From an uncultured Solirubrobacterales bacterium (GTDB lineage: Bacteria > Actinomycetota > Thermoleophilia > Solirubrobacterales > 70-9), in contig CAWHQR010000010.1 in assembly GCA_963831605.1 (NCBI GenBank), positions 1,073 through 65,072 on the forward strand: a stretch of 64,000 nt of DNA, read 5' to 3'. Under the pieces are notes generated by a model. The model was given only the letters and a program-made list of their open reading frames with translations. It searched no databases and was not told where the DNA came from. A program made the translations under genes and the position numbers. The first letter of the stretch is position 1, and every line of letters begins with the position of its first letter. Positions 41,061-50,660 of this stretch are shown here, piece by piece.

Positions 41061-42581
41061 ATGACGCAGGCACAGGGTGGAACAGGCACGAAAACTGAAC
41101 TGATGAGCGATCGCTCCCGATGGATCGCGCTGTACGTGCTCTGCGCGGGCATGCTGATGATCGTTCTCGACGTCACCGTCGTGAACGTCGCGCTGCCCTC
41201 CATCAAGGACGATCTCGGGTTCTCACAGGCCAGCCTGGCCTGGGTCGTGAACGGCTACCTGATCACGTTCGGCGGCCTGCTCCTCCTCGCCGGGCGCCTC
41301 GGCGACCTGCTCGGACGCCGGAGGATCTTCCTGATCGGGCTCGCGCTGTTCGTAGCGGCCTCCCTCCTCTGCGGTGCCTCCCAGAGCGAGGGGATGCTGA
41401 TCGGCTCCCGCCTGCTGCAGGGCGTCGGCGGCGCGCTGACCTCCGCAGTGATCCTCGGGATGATCGTGACGATGTTCCCGGAGCAGGGGGACCAGGCGAA
41501 GGCGGTCGGCGTCTATGCATTCGTCGCGTCAGCCGGCGGCGCGATCGGCCTGCTGCTCGGCGGCCTGGTCACTCAGGTCATCAGCTGGCACTGGATCTTC
41601 TTCATCAACGCCCCGATCGGCCTGGTGACGGCCATTCTGGCGAGGCGCCTGCTCGAAGACGATGAGGGTCTCGGCTTCAGCAAGGGCGCGGACCTGGTGG
41701 GCGCGTTCCTGATCACCACCTCGCTGATGCTCGGCGTCTACACGATCGTCAAGCCGGCCGCCGAGCAGGGCTGGGGCGCCACCGAGACGCTCCTGTTCGG
41801 CGCCGGATCGCTCGCCCTTCTCGCGCTGTTCATCGCGCGCGAGGCGACCGCTACGACGCCGCTGATCCCGCTCCGGATCTTCCGCTCGCGGAACGTCACC
41901 GGTGCGAACCTCGTCCAGGTGCTGACCGTGGCGGGGATGTTCGGGATGTTCTTCATGGGCTCCCTCTACCTGCAGCTCGTGCAGGGGTACGACGCGCTCC
42001 AGATCGGCCTGGCCTTCCTGCCGGTGACCCTCATCATGGGGACGCTGACCGGCCGTTACTCCGAGCCCTTGATCACGCGGTTCGGCGCCCGTCGCCTGCT
42101 CTTCCCGGGCCTCACCCTGGTCGCCCTGGGGCTCATCTACTTCACCCAGGCTCCGGTCAAGGCCGACTACGTGACCAACGTGCTGCCAGTCCTCGTGCTG
42201 CTCGGCGCGGGCATCGGCATCTCCTTCCCGGCGCTGATGACGATCGCGATGTCGGGAGCGACCCGCAGCGACGCGGGGCTCGCCTCCGGGCTGGTCAACA
42301 CCTCCGCCCAGGTCGGCGGGGCGATCGGGCTCGCCGTGCTCGCGACACTCGCCACCTCACGGTCCAACGACCTCGAGGCAGCCGGTCACTCCACGGCTTC
42401 GGCGCTGACCAGCGGCTACCACCTGGCGTTCTGGGTCGCTTCCGGGCTGGTCGTGGCCGCCATCGCGGTCGCCGCGACCGTCATCGAGCCCGAATCGAGG
42501 GCCGCCGAGCACTTCGCCGCCGACGAGGAGCCCGGCGAGCTGCCGCAACGCGACGACGCGGCGTACTCCGAGGCCGCCTAG
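41061..42581 (+). CDS. MFS transporter, DHA2 (14-TMS, EmrB/QacA-like)
   Basis: AGAGGAGG before the ATG. LDVTVVNVALPSI and GRLGDLLGRRR motifs. Confidence 0.9.
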   Translation: MTQAQGGTGTKTELMSDRSRWIALYVLCAGMLMIVLDVTVVNVALPSIKDDLGFSQASLAWVVNGYLITFGGLLLLAGRLGDLLGRRRIFLIGLALFVAASLLCGASQSEGMLIGSRLLQGVGGALTSAVILGMIVTMFPEQGDQAKAVGVYAFVASAGGAIGLLLGGLVTQVISWHWIFFINAPIGLVTAILARRLLEDDEGLGFSKGADLVGAFLITTSLMLGVYTIVKPAAEQGWGATETLLFGAGSLALLALFIAREATATTPLIPLRIFRSRNVTGANLVQVLTVAGMFGMFFMGSLYLQLVQGYDALQIGLAFLPVTLIMGTLTGRYSEPLITRFGARRLLFPGLTLVALGLIYFTQAPVKADYVTNVLPVLVLLGAGIGISFPALMTIAMSGATRSDAGLASGLVNTSAQVGGAIGLAVLATLATSRSNDLEAAGHSTASALTSGYHLAFWVASGLVVAAIAVAATVIEPESRAAEHFAADEEPGELPQRDDAAYSEAA

Positions 42582-42944
42582 TTGGACGAGGCGGTCCAGC
42601 GGGCGCTCGAGACCGACCGCACGGTCGACATCACCACAACCGGCCGCAACAGCGGGCAGCCCCGGCGGATCGAGATCTGGCGTTATCGCTACGACGGCAG
42701 GACGTTCCTCAGCGGTTCACCGGGGACGCGGGACTGGTACGCGAACCTGCTCGCCGATCCCGAGTTCGTCTTCCACCTGAAGGGCAGCGCGCAGGCCGAC
42801 CTGCCGGCCGTCGCCATCCCGATCACCGACGAGGCCGAGCGCCGCGAGGTGATCGCGGGGATCCTGGATGACCTCGGCCGCGGATCGGGCGATCTCGAGG
42901 AGTGGGTGGCTCGGAGCCCGCTCGCCGAGGTCAAGTTCCGCTGA
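42582..42944 (+). CDS. Deazaflavin (F420)-dependent nitroreductase-family (DDN-like) protein
   Basis: ITTTGRNSGQPRRIEIW...WYANLLADPEF fits the PF04075-like pattern. TTG start abuts the MFS stop. Confidence 0.65.
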   Translation: MDEAVQRALETDRTVDITTTGRNSGQPRRIEIWRYRYDGRTFLSGSPGTRDWYANLLADPEFVFHLKGSAQADLPAVAIPITDEAERREVIAGILDDLGRGSGDLEEWVARSPLAEVKFR

Positions 42945-42971
42945 TCAGCGGGCTTCGTTACCGTCCCCGCG

Positions 42972-43202
42972 GTGATCATGGAGTCCGAGGCGATCAGGCG
43001 GCGGCTGCTGCCTGTGGCGTTGGTGGCGGGAGCGCTCGGCGCCGTCGCGGTGTCGGGTTGCGGCGAGAAGTCCGAGCCAACCGTGCATCCGCCGACCACG
43101 GCGGCCACCACGACCACTCCTCCGGCCACCACCACGCCGGCGCCGTCGACCACGGCGAAGACGCCCACGCCGACGGCTCCCGTGCCGAAGACGACCCCGT
43201 AG
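42972..43202 (+). CDS. Small Thr/Pro-rich lipoprotein
   Basis: Lipobox AVSGC, then low-complexity PTTAATTTTPPATTTP. Confidence 0.45.
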   Translation: MIMESEAIRRRLLPVALVAGALGAVAVSGCGEKSEPTVHPPTTAATTTTPPATTTPAPSTTAKTPTPTAPVPKTTP

Positions 43203-44270
43203 TCAGCGCGACTGGGCGCGGAAGAAGTCCGCGAGCTCACGCGCCTGCTGCGCGGGATCGCCGGCGGTCGGGACCGACGCGGCACGCGCGGGCCGCTGCT
43301 TCGCCTCGCCGGCGCCCTGGGTGCCGGAATCGCCCGAGTTCGTCGCGATCAGCACTCCGGCTGCGGCGATCCCGAGTGCCACCGCAACCGCCGCGACCCG
43401 CTTGGCGAAGGAACGGTGGCGCCGCGCGATCTCGGCGGGGGCGGGCCAGCTGCTGGTGACGGGACCCGTCTGAGGAAGGGCGCGGGTGGGCCGGGTCTGC
43501 GAGCGGATCCGGCGGACCGCTCCAGCGTCCCCATTCCCATTGATGGTGGCGAGCGCCTCACCGAGGGAGCGGGCGTCCGCGAAGCGGTCGGCTGGGTCCT
43601 CCCGCATGCAGCGCTCGATGATTTCCCGGAGTTCGGGCGACCTCGATTGAGGGAGCAGCTCGTCCGCGACGACTCCGCAGGCGTAGACGTCGGCGGCCGG
43701 CGTGATCCTGCCGTCGGCGAGCTGCTCGGGCGCCATGTATCGCTCGGTCCCGATCACCTTGCCGGCCTGGGTGAGGCGCGTGGTCTCCTCGACCGCCCTG
43801 GCGATCCCGAAGTCGGTGATCTTGAGGCAGCCGTCGGAGGTGCGGACGAGCAGGTTCTGGGGCTTGATGTCGCGGTGCACGAGCTTCTTCGCATGGGCAT
43901 GGCCGAGCCCGTCGCAGAGCTGGCAGAGCAGCTGGATCGCCTCGTTCCCGGGGATCGAGCGCCGACGGCCATCGAGGCGGTCACCGAGCGTGCCGCCCTC
44001 GACCTGCTCCATGACGATGTACGGCCTGTCCTCGTCCTCGCCCACGTCGAACACCTGGACGATGTTGGGATGGTCGAGTTTCGCGGCGAGGCGTGCCTCC
44101 CGTGAGAATCGTCGCCGCACCTCGTCGTCGCCGGCGAAGTTGTCGGCGAGAAGCTTGATCGCCACGTCGCGGTCGAGCTTGGTGTCCCTGGCGCTGTAGA
44201 CCGTTGCCATGCCGCCGTGGCCCAGGCGGTCCCTGAGCTCGTAGCGGCGCTCGCCGAGGTGCTTGTTCAC
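43203..44270 (-). CDS. Hanks-type Ser/Thr protein kinase with C-terminal TM segment
   Basis: GHGGMATVY, AIK, HRDIKPQNLL, DFGIA, APE. Confidence 0.9.
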   Translation of the reverse strand: MNKHLGERRYELRDRLGHGGMATVYSARDTKLDRDVAIKLLADNFAGDDEVRRRFSREARLAAKLDHPNIVQVFDVGEDEDRPYIVMEQVEGGTLGDRLDGRRRSIPGNEAIQLLCQLCDGLGHAHAKKLVHRDIKPQNLLVRTSDGCLKITDFGIARAVEETTRLTQAGKVIGTERYMAPEQLADGRITPAADVYACGVVADELLPQSRSPELREIIERCMREDPADRFADARSLGEALATINGNGDAGAVRRIRSQTRPTRALPQTGPVTSSWPAPAEIARRHRSFAKRVAAVAVALGIAAAGVLIATNSGDSGTQGAGEAKQRPARAASVPTAGDPAQQARELADFFRAQSR

Positions 44271-44743
44271 TCCGGCTCCCCGTTCAGCTTTGCCTGCCCG
44301 GGCGGACCAACGCCGCCGTGCTTCGAGTGTCCCGGCGGGACGAAGTGCTGGTCACCGTGATGCCCGTCGCCATGCTCATCCTTCGGCTTCTTCTTCGGCT
44401 CGGGCGGCGGTGGTGGTGGCGGCGGCGGCGGGCAGTTCACCTCGTCGACCAGACGGGCGGCGACGGCGGCGACGTCCGGGCGCATCGACTGTGGGATGTC
44501 CGCTCCCTCCACGGCTGCTCGCAGCTCGTCGGCGGCGTGCGCCGCGTGACAGGTGTCGCCCGAGTCGAGGTCGGATGCGACGCGGTCACTGAGCTTGGCG
44601 AGGTGGCCGGCGGTGGCGGGTGGGATGGGCGGGGGCTGGACGACCGTCTTCTCCCCTCCCCCCGAGCCGCACGCCGAGAGGCCAAGGGCCGCCAGGGCGA
44701 GCGCAGTCGCCAGCCCCGCGGCTCTCGAATTCCCCATGGACAT
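44267..44743 (-). CDS. Lipoprotein with poly-Pro and His-rich tail
   Basis: Lipobox LGLSAC. PPPPPPPPPPEPKKKPKDEHGDGHHGDQH. 4-nt overlap with the kinase start. Confidence 0.6.
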   Translation of the reverse strand: MSMGNSRAAGLATALALAALGLSACGSGGGEKTVVQPPPIPPATAGHLAKLSDRVASDLDSGDTCHAAHAADELRAAVEGADIPQSMRPDVAAVAARLVDEVNCPPPPPPPPPPEPKKKPKDEHGDGHHGDQHFVPPGHSKHGGVGPPGQAKLNGEPE

Positions 44744-44765
44744 CAATCGAAGATCTCCTGGTCCA

Positions 44766-44948
44766 TCAGCCATTACCCCTGTCTCGTTGCTCGAAACCGG
44801 CGCAGCTCATCACCGGCAGACGGGGATAGCGAGGGAAGTCAGGGTCGGTCTTGGAGCGCTCGCACAGCGAGAAGACCGAGCCGCGGGTGGTGCGGATCAG
44901 GCGTTGATGCCGGCAGCGGTCGCAGAGGCCGGCGGCCGGAGAGCTCAC
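44766..44948 (-). CDS. Small Cys-rich (CxxC...C...C) putative zinc-binding protein
   Basis: GLCDRCRHQRLIRTTRGSVFSLCERSKTDPDFPRYPRLPVMSCAGFE. 4-nt overlap with the upstream gene. Confidence 0.55.
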   Translation of the reverse strand: MSSPAAGLCDRCRHQRLIRTTRGSVFSLCERSKTDPDFPRYPRLPVMSCAGFEQRDRGNG

Positions 44949-45331
44949 CGCTCCGCTTCTAGGTCTCCGGCGTCCGCGGCGGCTTCCTGGGCCTGCTCGA
45001 CGGCCTTCTCCGCCTCCTCGGCAGCCTCCTCAGCATGGGCCGCAGCCTGCTCCGCGCCGAAGATCGCGCGCTTCAGTCCCTCCGCCACGAACTCGCCGCC
45101 CCGCTGGGCGCGCTCGAGGGGCTCGGTCAGCCTGACGACGCGGCCCAGCAGCTCGTTCATCCGCTCGGCCTGCTCGAGCGCCTCGTCGGCCTGTCGGCGC
45201 ATCACTTCGAGCTGCTCGCGCGAGACCTCCATCAGGTCGTTGGCCTCCCGGATGCTGCGCTCCATCGTTCGCGGCAACTCGATCGCTGCCCGCGCCATCG
45301 AGATCGGCCAGTTGATCAGCTCGCGTACCAC
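44945..45331 (-). CDS. Coiled-coil protein (start uncertain)
   Basis: Heptad-like, Glu/Ala-rich. GTG 45331 or ATG 45298. Confidence 0.45.
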   Translation of the reverse strand: MVRELINWPISMARAAIELPRTMERSIREANDLMEVSREQLEVMRRQADEALEQAERMNELLGRVVRLTEPLERAQRGGEFVAEGLKRAIFGAEQAAAHAEEAAEEAEKAVEQAQEAAADAGDLEAER

Positions 45332-45388
45332 GGATTCAGGGTAGTGAAGCTGTCCGGAGACGCTGCAAGAGCTCTCTACTTCACTTTG

Positions 45389-45394
45389 TATAGT
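45389..45394 (+). promoter_or_regulatory. -10 hexamer TATAGT 6 nt before GTG 45401 (leaderless mRNA candidate)
   Basis: Read directly. No SD sequence. -35 is weak. Confidence 0.35.
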
Positions 45395-45400
45395 CGGGGT

Positions 45401-47170
45401 GTGCCGACCTTCCGTCGCTTGCTTGGTTTTCTGCGTCCGTATCGCCGTCAGCTGATCGGATCGCTGGCGCTCGCCTGGCTGGCGATGGGCATGACCGTGC
45501 TGATCCCACTGCTCATCGGCGGGGCCGTGAACGCGATCGAGGATGAGCGCCGCAGCGACATCGCGCCCCTGGTCCTGGCCCTCCTGGGTGCGGGTGTGCT
45601 CAGGCTCCTGCTGACTCTCGGGCGACGGCTGATCGCAGGCAAGGTCTCTCTGGCGGTCGAGTTCGACCTGCGACAGGTCTTCTACGAGCATCTGCAGAAG
45701 CTCGAGCTCGGATTCTTCGACACCCAGCAGACCGGCCAGCTGATGTCACGAGCGACGGTCGACCTGCAGTCGATCCGGTTCTTCCTGGGCTACGGGCTGA
45801 TCTGGGTGAGCCAGAGCGCGCTCACGATCCTGTTCGCGGCCGTCGCCATGTTCATCCTCGATCCCGTCCTCGCCCTGCTCGCGCTCGCGCCGGTCCCGTT
45901 CCTGGTCGCGACCGCGACCCGCTACAGCCGGCGCAACCGCCCGGCTGAGCAGGAAGTCCAGCAGCGCATCGGCGAGGTGACGGCGAGCGCCGAGGAAAGC
46001 ATCTCCGGGATCCGGATCGTCAAGGCGTTCGCACGGGAGCGACACGTGCTCGGCCGGTTCACCCATTCCGTCAACCGCGTCTTCGAGCAGAGCATGGTGT
46101 CGACGAGGCTGCAGGCCTTCTACACGCCGCTGATGGGCTTCATGCCGAGCATCGGACTGGCCGCCGTGCTGCTGGTCGGCGGGCTGCAGGTGATTCACGG
46201 CACGACGAGCGTCGGGCACCTGACCGCCTTCTACGCCTACGTCGTGCTGCTCTCAGGCCCCGTGCGCTGGCTCGGCATGTCGCTGAGCATGGCCCAGCGC
46301 GCCGTGGCTTCCGGCAACCGGATGTTCGAGATCCTCGACCGGCAGCCGTCAATGGAGAGCGCCCCTGATGCGCCGCCGCTGCCCGAGGGGCGCGGCCAGG
46401 TCTCGCTTCAGCGGGTCACGCTGCGCTATGACGGCGCCGAGCCCGCGCTGACGGGCATCGACCTCGAGGTCGAGCCGGGCCGGACCGTGGCGCTGGTCGG
46501 GCCGACGGCCGCCGGCAAGACGAGCCTGGTCGGCCTGCTCGCCCGCCTCTACGACCCGAGCGAGGGACGCGTGGTCATCGACGGAACCGACATCAAGGAC
46601 GTTGACCTGGCATCGCTGCGCCGTGAGATCGCCTTCGTCGCCGATGACAGCTTCCTGTTCTCGGACACGGTCTCGGGCAACATCGCCTACGCCCGCCCCG
46701 GCGCCACCGAGGAGCAGATCGAAGAGGCGGCGAAGCGCGCTCAGGCGCACGACTTCATCACGCAGCTGCCCGACTCCTACGACACGGTGATCGGCGAACG
46801 CGGCCTGACGCTCTCCGGTGGGCAGCGTCAGCGGATCGCGATCGCCAGGGCGCTGGTGGCAGAGCCGCGGATCCTGATCCTCGACGACGCGACCTCCTCG
46901 GTGGACGCCCGCACGGAGGCACAGATCAAGGAGGGGCTGCGCGAGGCGATGAAGGGACGGACCACCTTCATCGTGGCGCACCGGCTCTCCACCATCTCGC
47001 TGGCCGACGAGATCGTGGTGCTCGATCGTGGCCGGATCGTCGATCGCGGCACACACGAGGAACTGCTCGAGCGCTGCCCTCTGTACGAGGAGATCGCGGA
47101 GAAGGGGCTCGAGGACTCCGTCTACCTGCAGCGGGATCTCGAGGAGCGCGAGGAGCTGGCGAAGCTATGA
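45401..47170 (+). CDS. ABC exporter, fused permease-ATPase, subunit 1
   Basis: Six-TM domain plus Walker A GPTAAGKTS, signature LSGGQRQR, Walker B ILILDDATS. Confidence 0.9.
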   Translation: MPTFRRLLGFLRPYRRQLIGSLALAWLAMGMTVLIPLLIGGAVNAIEDERRSDIAPLVLALLGAGVLRLLLTLGRRLIAGKVSLAVEFDLRQVFYEHLQKLELGFFDTQQTGQLMSRATVDLQSIRFFLGYGLIWVSQSALTILFAAVAMFILDPVLALLALAPVPFLVATATRYSRRNRPAEQEVQQRIGEVTASAEESISGIRIVKAFARERHVLGRFTHSVNRVFEQSMVSTRLQAFYTPLMGFMPSIGLAAVLLVGGLQVIHGTTSVGHLTAFYAYVVLLSGPVRWLGMSLSMAQRAVASGNRMFEILDRQPSMESAPDAPPLPEGRGQVSLQRVTLRYDGAEPALTGIDLEVEPGRTVALVGPTAAGKTSLVGLLARLYDPSEGRVVIDGTDIKDVDLASLRREIAFVADDSFLFSDTVSGNIAYARPGATEEQIEEAAKRAQAHDFITQLPDSYDTVIGERGLTLSGGQRQRIAIARALVAEPRILILDDATSSVDARTEAQIKEGLREAMKGRTTFIVAHRLSTISLADEIVVLDRGRIVDRGTHEELLERCPLYEEIAEKGLEDSVYLQRDLEEREELAKL

Positions 47171-49065
47171 ATGACTCGGACGGCGCCCAGAACTTCTTCG
47201 CCCTCTTCCGCTCGCTCTGGGCCCTGATCCGCGGCGACGATGGCCGCTGGCGCAAGGTGCGCTGGCTGCTGTCGCTGCTCCGGCCCTACCGGAGGCAGGT
47301 GCTGATGATGTTCGGTGCGCTGATCCTTGCCACCGGGGCGACGCTCGCACCGCCGTATCTGGTCGGACAGGCCGTACACGTCTCCCTGAACGGGGACACG
47401 AACGCCCTCGTGCTGATCGTCGTGGCCTTCATGGCAGCGGCCCTGGTCGGCTGGGGGACCAGCTACCTGCAGACCTATCTGGTCGGTTGGGTCGGCGAGC
47501 GGGCGCTCCAGGACCTGCGCATTCGGATTTTCACCCACCTGCAGCAGATGTCGATCGGTTTCTTCACGCGAAACCGACCCGGCGTGCTGATCTCGCGGAT
47601 CACCAACGACGTCGACGCGCTGGACCAGCTGATCAGCACCGGCGTGGTCACGCTCTTCTCGAGCACGCTGACACTGGTCGGCGTAGTCGTGATCATGCTG
47701 GTCGCGGACGTCCAGCTGGCGCTGGTGGTCTTCCTGACGCTTCCCCTGCTGTTCATCGCCAGCCTCGTCTTCCGGATCGTCGCGGCGAGCGCGTACCGGA
47801 TCACACGTGAACGCATCGCCGAGGTGACGGCCTATCTGCAGGAGACCCTGAGCGGGGTCCGGGTCGTGCGGAGCTTCGCCCAGGAGCAGCGCCACATCGA
47901 GCGCATGGCAGAGCTCAACGAGCTCAACCGCCGGGCGAACCTGAAGACCGTCTACCTGAACGCGTCGTACTTCCCGGCCGTAGAGCTGCTCTCGGCGATC
48001 GGCACGGCGGTGATCCTGCTCTACGGCGGCTATCAGGCACTCGACCCCGGGCTGACCCAGGCCGAGATTCACGCCCAAATCGGGATCGTGGTGGCGTTCG
48101 TCGGCTACCTCAACACGTTCTTCGATCCGATCCAGCAGCTCTCCAACCTCTACACGACCTACCAGCAGGGCATGGCGGCGCTGGACAAGATCTTCGACCT
48201 GCTCGACACCGAACCGGACATGGCCGACAAGCCGGATGCCCTCGATCCCGGGACGCTCCGCGGGGAGATCGAGATGGACCACGTCTGGTTCTCATACGGG
48301 CTGGACCGGACCGCGGGGTTGAAGCGATCGAGCGGGAAGATCGAGACGGGTCCTGATGAGGAGGAGGACGACACGGCTTGGGCGCTCGAGGACGTGTCAA
48401 TCCACGTGCCCGCCGGACAGACCCTGGCGCTCGTCGGCGAGACGGGCGCGGGCAAGTCGACCTTCGCGAAGCTGGTCTCTCGCTTCTACGACCCGCAGAG
48501 GGGCCGGGTGCTGGTGGACGGCAACGACCTGCGCGACCTGAGTTCGACCTGCCTGCGGAGCCAGCTCGGCATCGTGCCGCAGGAGGGTTTCCTGTTCTCC
48601 GGGACCGTGCGCGAGAACATCGCGTTCGGGCGACCGGATGCGTCGGACGACGAGATCGAGGCGGCGGCCGACGCGATCGGCGCGGGCGACTTCATCCGCA
48701 GAATGGGGGAAGGCTTCGACACCGAGGTCGGGGAACGTGGCGTCTCGCTGTCGGCCGGGCAGCGCCAGCTGATCGCCTTCGCGCGAGCGCTGCTGGCCGA
48801 ACCGCGCATCCTGATCCTCGACGAGGCGACCTCCAACGTCGACGTGCGGACCGAGCGGACGATCGAACTGGGGCTTGAGCGGCTGCTCAAGGGACGCACG
48901 GCGATCGTCATCGCGCACCGCCTCTCGACGATCCGCGGAGCCGACCGGATCGCGGTGCTCGAGAACGGTCGGATCAGAGAAAGCGGCTCGCACGACGAGC
49001 TGATCGCGGCCGGCGGCCGATACGCCGAGCTGTACGGGACCTGGGCGGATTTGGCCGCCGCGTAG
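47167..49065 (+). CDS. ABC exporter, fused permease-ATPase, subunit 2
   Basis: ATGA overlap. GETGAGKST, LSAGQRQL, ILILDEATS. ~35-aa acidic insertion before Walker A. Confidence 0.9.
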   Translation: MNDSDGAQNFFALFRSLWALIRGDDGRWRKVRWLLSLLRPYRRQVLMMFGALILATGATLAPPYLVGQAVHVSLNGDTNALVLIVVAFMAAALVGWGTSYLQTYLVGWVGERALQDLRIRIFTHLQQMSIGFFTRNRPGVLISRITNDVDALDQLISTGVVTLFSSTLTLVGVVVIMLVADVQLALVVFLTLPLLFIASLVFRIVAASAYRITRERIAEVTAYLQETLSGVRVVRSFAQEQRHIERMAELNELNRRANLKTVYLNASYFPAVELLSAIGTAVILLYGGYQALDPGLTQAEIHAQIGIVVAFVGYLNTFFDPIQQLSNLYTTYQQGMAALDKIFDLLDTEPDMADKPDALDPGTLRGEIEMDHVWFSYGLDRTAGLKRSSGKIETGPDEEEDDTAWALEDVSIHVPAGQTLALVGETGAGKSTFAKLVSRFYDPQRGRVLVDGNDLRDLSSTCLRSQLGIVPQEGFLFSGTVRENIAFGRPDASDDEIEAAADAIGAGDFIRRMGEGFDTEVGERGVSLSAGQRQLIAFARALLAEPRILILDEATSNVDVRTERTIELGLERLLKGRTAIVIAHRLSTIRGADRIAVLENGRIRESGSHDELIAAGGRYAELYGTWADLAAA

Positions 49066-49182
49066 CGGCCACCAGGCCGCTCCACTTCGGAGCGCAGGGC
49101 GAAGCCCGGAGCGACTTATGTGGGGCGGCCGCTTGTGGCCGCGATCTGATGGCGAAGCCGTCCCGTGAGGAACGCTTCGTAG

Positions 49183-49875
49183 CTAGCCCGGACTGATCCC
49201 GCCGGACCCGCTGGATCCGCCGGATGAACCGGAGCTGCCGCTGGTGCCGCTGCTACCGCTCGTCCCGGAGCTGCCCGGGGTGCCGCCGGAGGGTGCGCTC
49301 GGGCTGCTCGGCGCGCTGGGGGTGACGGTTCCACCGCTGCTCGAGCTGGAGCTGGAGCTGCTCGAGCTCGAGGGGGTCGACGTGGAGCTGGAACCGTTGA
49401 TCGCGGAGCCGCAATCCTTGAAGCCGTAGGCGGAGGCCGCAGTCCCGGCCGCGGACTTGGCACTGTCGAGCTCGGTCTCGAACTGGGACGGGTCCTCTCC
49501 TCGCTGGACGGCCAGGCCGATCTTCTGACCGGCGGAGACCTGGTCCGACATCGCCTTCAGGAAGGCTTCGAGGTTCGTGTCGCTCGGCGGGTTGAGCTGG
49601 TTGATGCTGTCGATCACGCCCTGGCGGAGCTGGGCGATCTGAGCGGCCTGGCTCTCGCCCTGGCCGGCTGCGGCGAACTGCTCGATCGAGGAGTTGGCCT
49701 CGGCGCAGATCGAGTCGGCCTGGGTGATGAACTGCGCCTTGCTCGCCGTCTGCTGGGTCGTCTGCGTCGGGACGACGATGGGCGTCACAGGGGAGCTGTC
49801 GCCGCCGCAGGCGGAGAGAGCTGCCGCCGAGCCCACGGCCGCAACGAGGGCGATCAGGTGCCTCGGACGCCACAT
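49183..49875 (-). CDS. Lipoprotein with Ser/Gly-rich C-terminal tail
   Basis: Lipobox ALSAC. Tail SSSTSTPSSSSSSSSSSSSGG... Confidence 0.7.
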   Translation of the reverse strand: MWRPRHLIALVAAVGSAAALSACGGDSSPVTPIVVPTQTTQQTASKAQFITQADSICAEANSSIEQFAAAGQGESQAAQIAQLRQGVIDSINQLNPPSDTNLEAFLKAMSDQVSAGQKIGLAVQRGEDPSQFETELDSAKSAAGTAASAYGFKDCGSAINGSSSTSTPSSSSSSSSSSSSGGTVTPSAPSSPSAPSGGTPGSSGTSGSSGTSGSSGSSGGSSGSGGISPG

Positions 49876-49910
49876 ACGGCCGCGCAAGGTAGCAAGGATG
49901 TGCAACGGAA

Positions 49911-50660
49911 CTAGGCCGCTTCCTCGCTGCGCTCAGAGTCAACCAACCGGAGGTGCCGGTGCGGCCTTCGATGTCCGTTCCGCCCTCCGTACGTTTCGGT
50001 CTGGGAGTGGCAGTTCGCGCACAACAACTGGATGTTCTCTAGACGATTGTCGGTTCCGTCGCCGTTCCGATGATGAAGCTGCGCGCTGAGAGGCTGCCCC
50101 ATCCAAGTGCTGATTCCACAGATCTCGCACCTGTTCTCCTTGATTCCCGCAGCAAGGAGCCGGCCCTTCAAATGGGACCGATTCGTTCGGCGTTCCTTGA
50201 CCAGCAGCTCGCTAAGCGGGATCAAATGTGACCGGGACTGAATACGCCCTGTTGCAACGGCCTTGCACCAGGTCGCCTTTGAGAAGCCAAAGTGCCGGCA
50301 ACACTCCATCGCGCGCATGCCCTTGTCGTGAGCCCGCTGAATCTCATCCCAGTCGTATCGGCGGGCGAACTCATCGTGAACAGGCAGGCCGATCCGTCGC
50401 GCGTGGTAGCTGACGGTCGCCTTCGAAAGACCCAATTCGGCCGCGATCATCGCGTGGGTGTATCCCTCATCAAACAAACGGGCGATCACTTCTCTTTTCT
50501 CCGAGGGCCGCATGGGCGGAAACGATGGCTCGGACACCCACCCGTCGGCGACTGCGCGCTGCCACTGTCGCGCGGAGATTCCGAAGCGGTCACACGTCTC
50601 CAATACCGTGTGCCCTTCGTCGTAGAACCGACCGATCGTTGCCCAGTCCTGACGCTCCAT
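49911..50660 (-). CDS. HNH endonuclease with three N-terminal HTH-like modules
   Basis: CEICG...LHHRNGDGTDNRLENIQLLCANCH. Three repeats of the type G.T..E.C..FG.S.A.W. Visibly lower GC and GC3 than its neighbours. Confidence 0.8.
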   Translation of the reverse strand: MERQDWATIGRFYDEGHTVLETCDRFGISARQWQRAVADGWVSEPSFPPMRPSEKREVIARLFDEGYTHAMIAAELGLSKATVSYHARRIGLPVHDEFARRYDWDEIQRAHDKGMRAMECCRHFGFSKATWCKAVATGRIQSRSHLIPLSELLVKERRTNRSHLKGRLLAAGIKENRCEICGISTWMGQPLSAQLHHRNGDGTDNRLENIQLLCANCHSQTETYGGRNGHRRPHRHLRLVDSERSEEAA

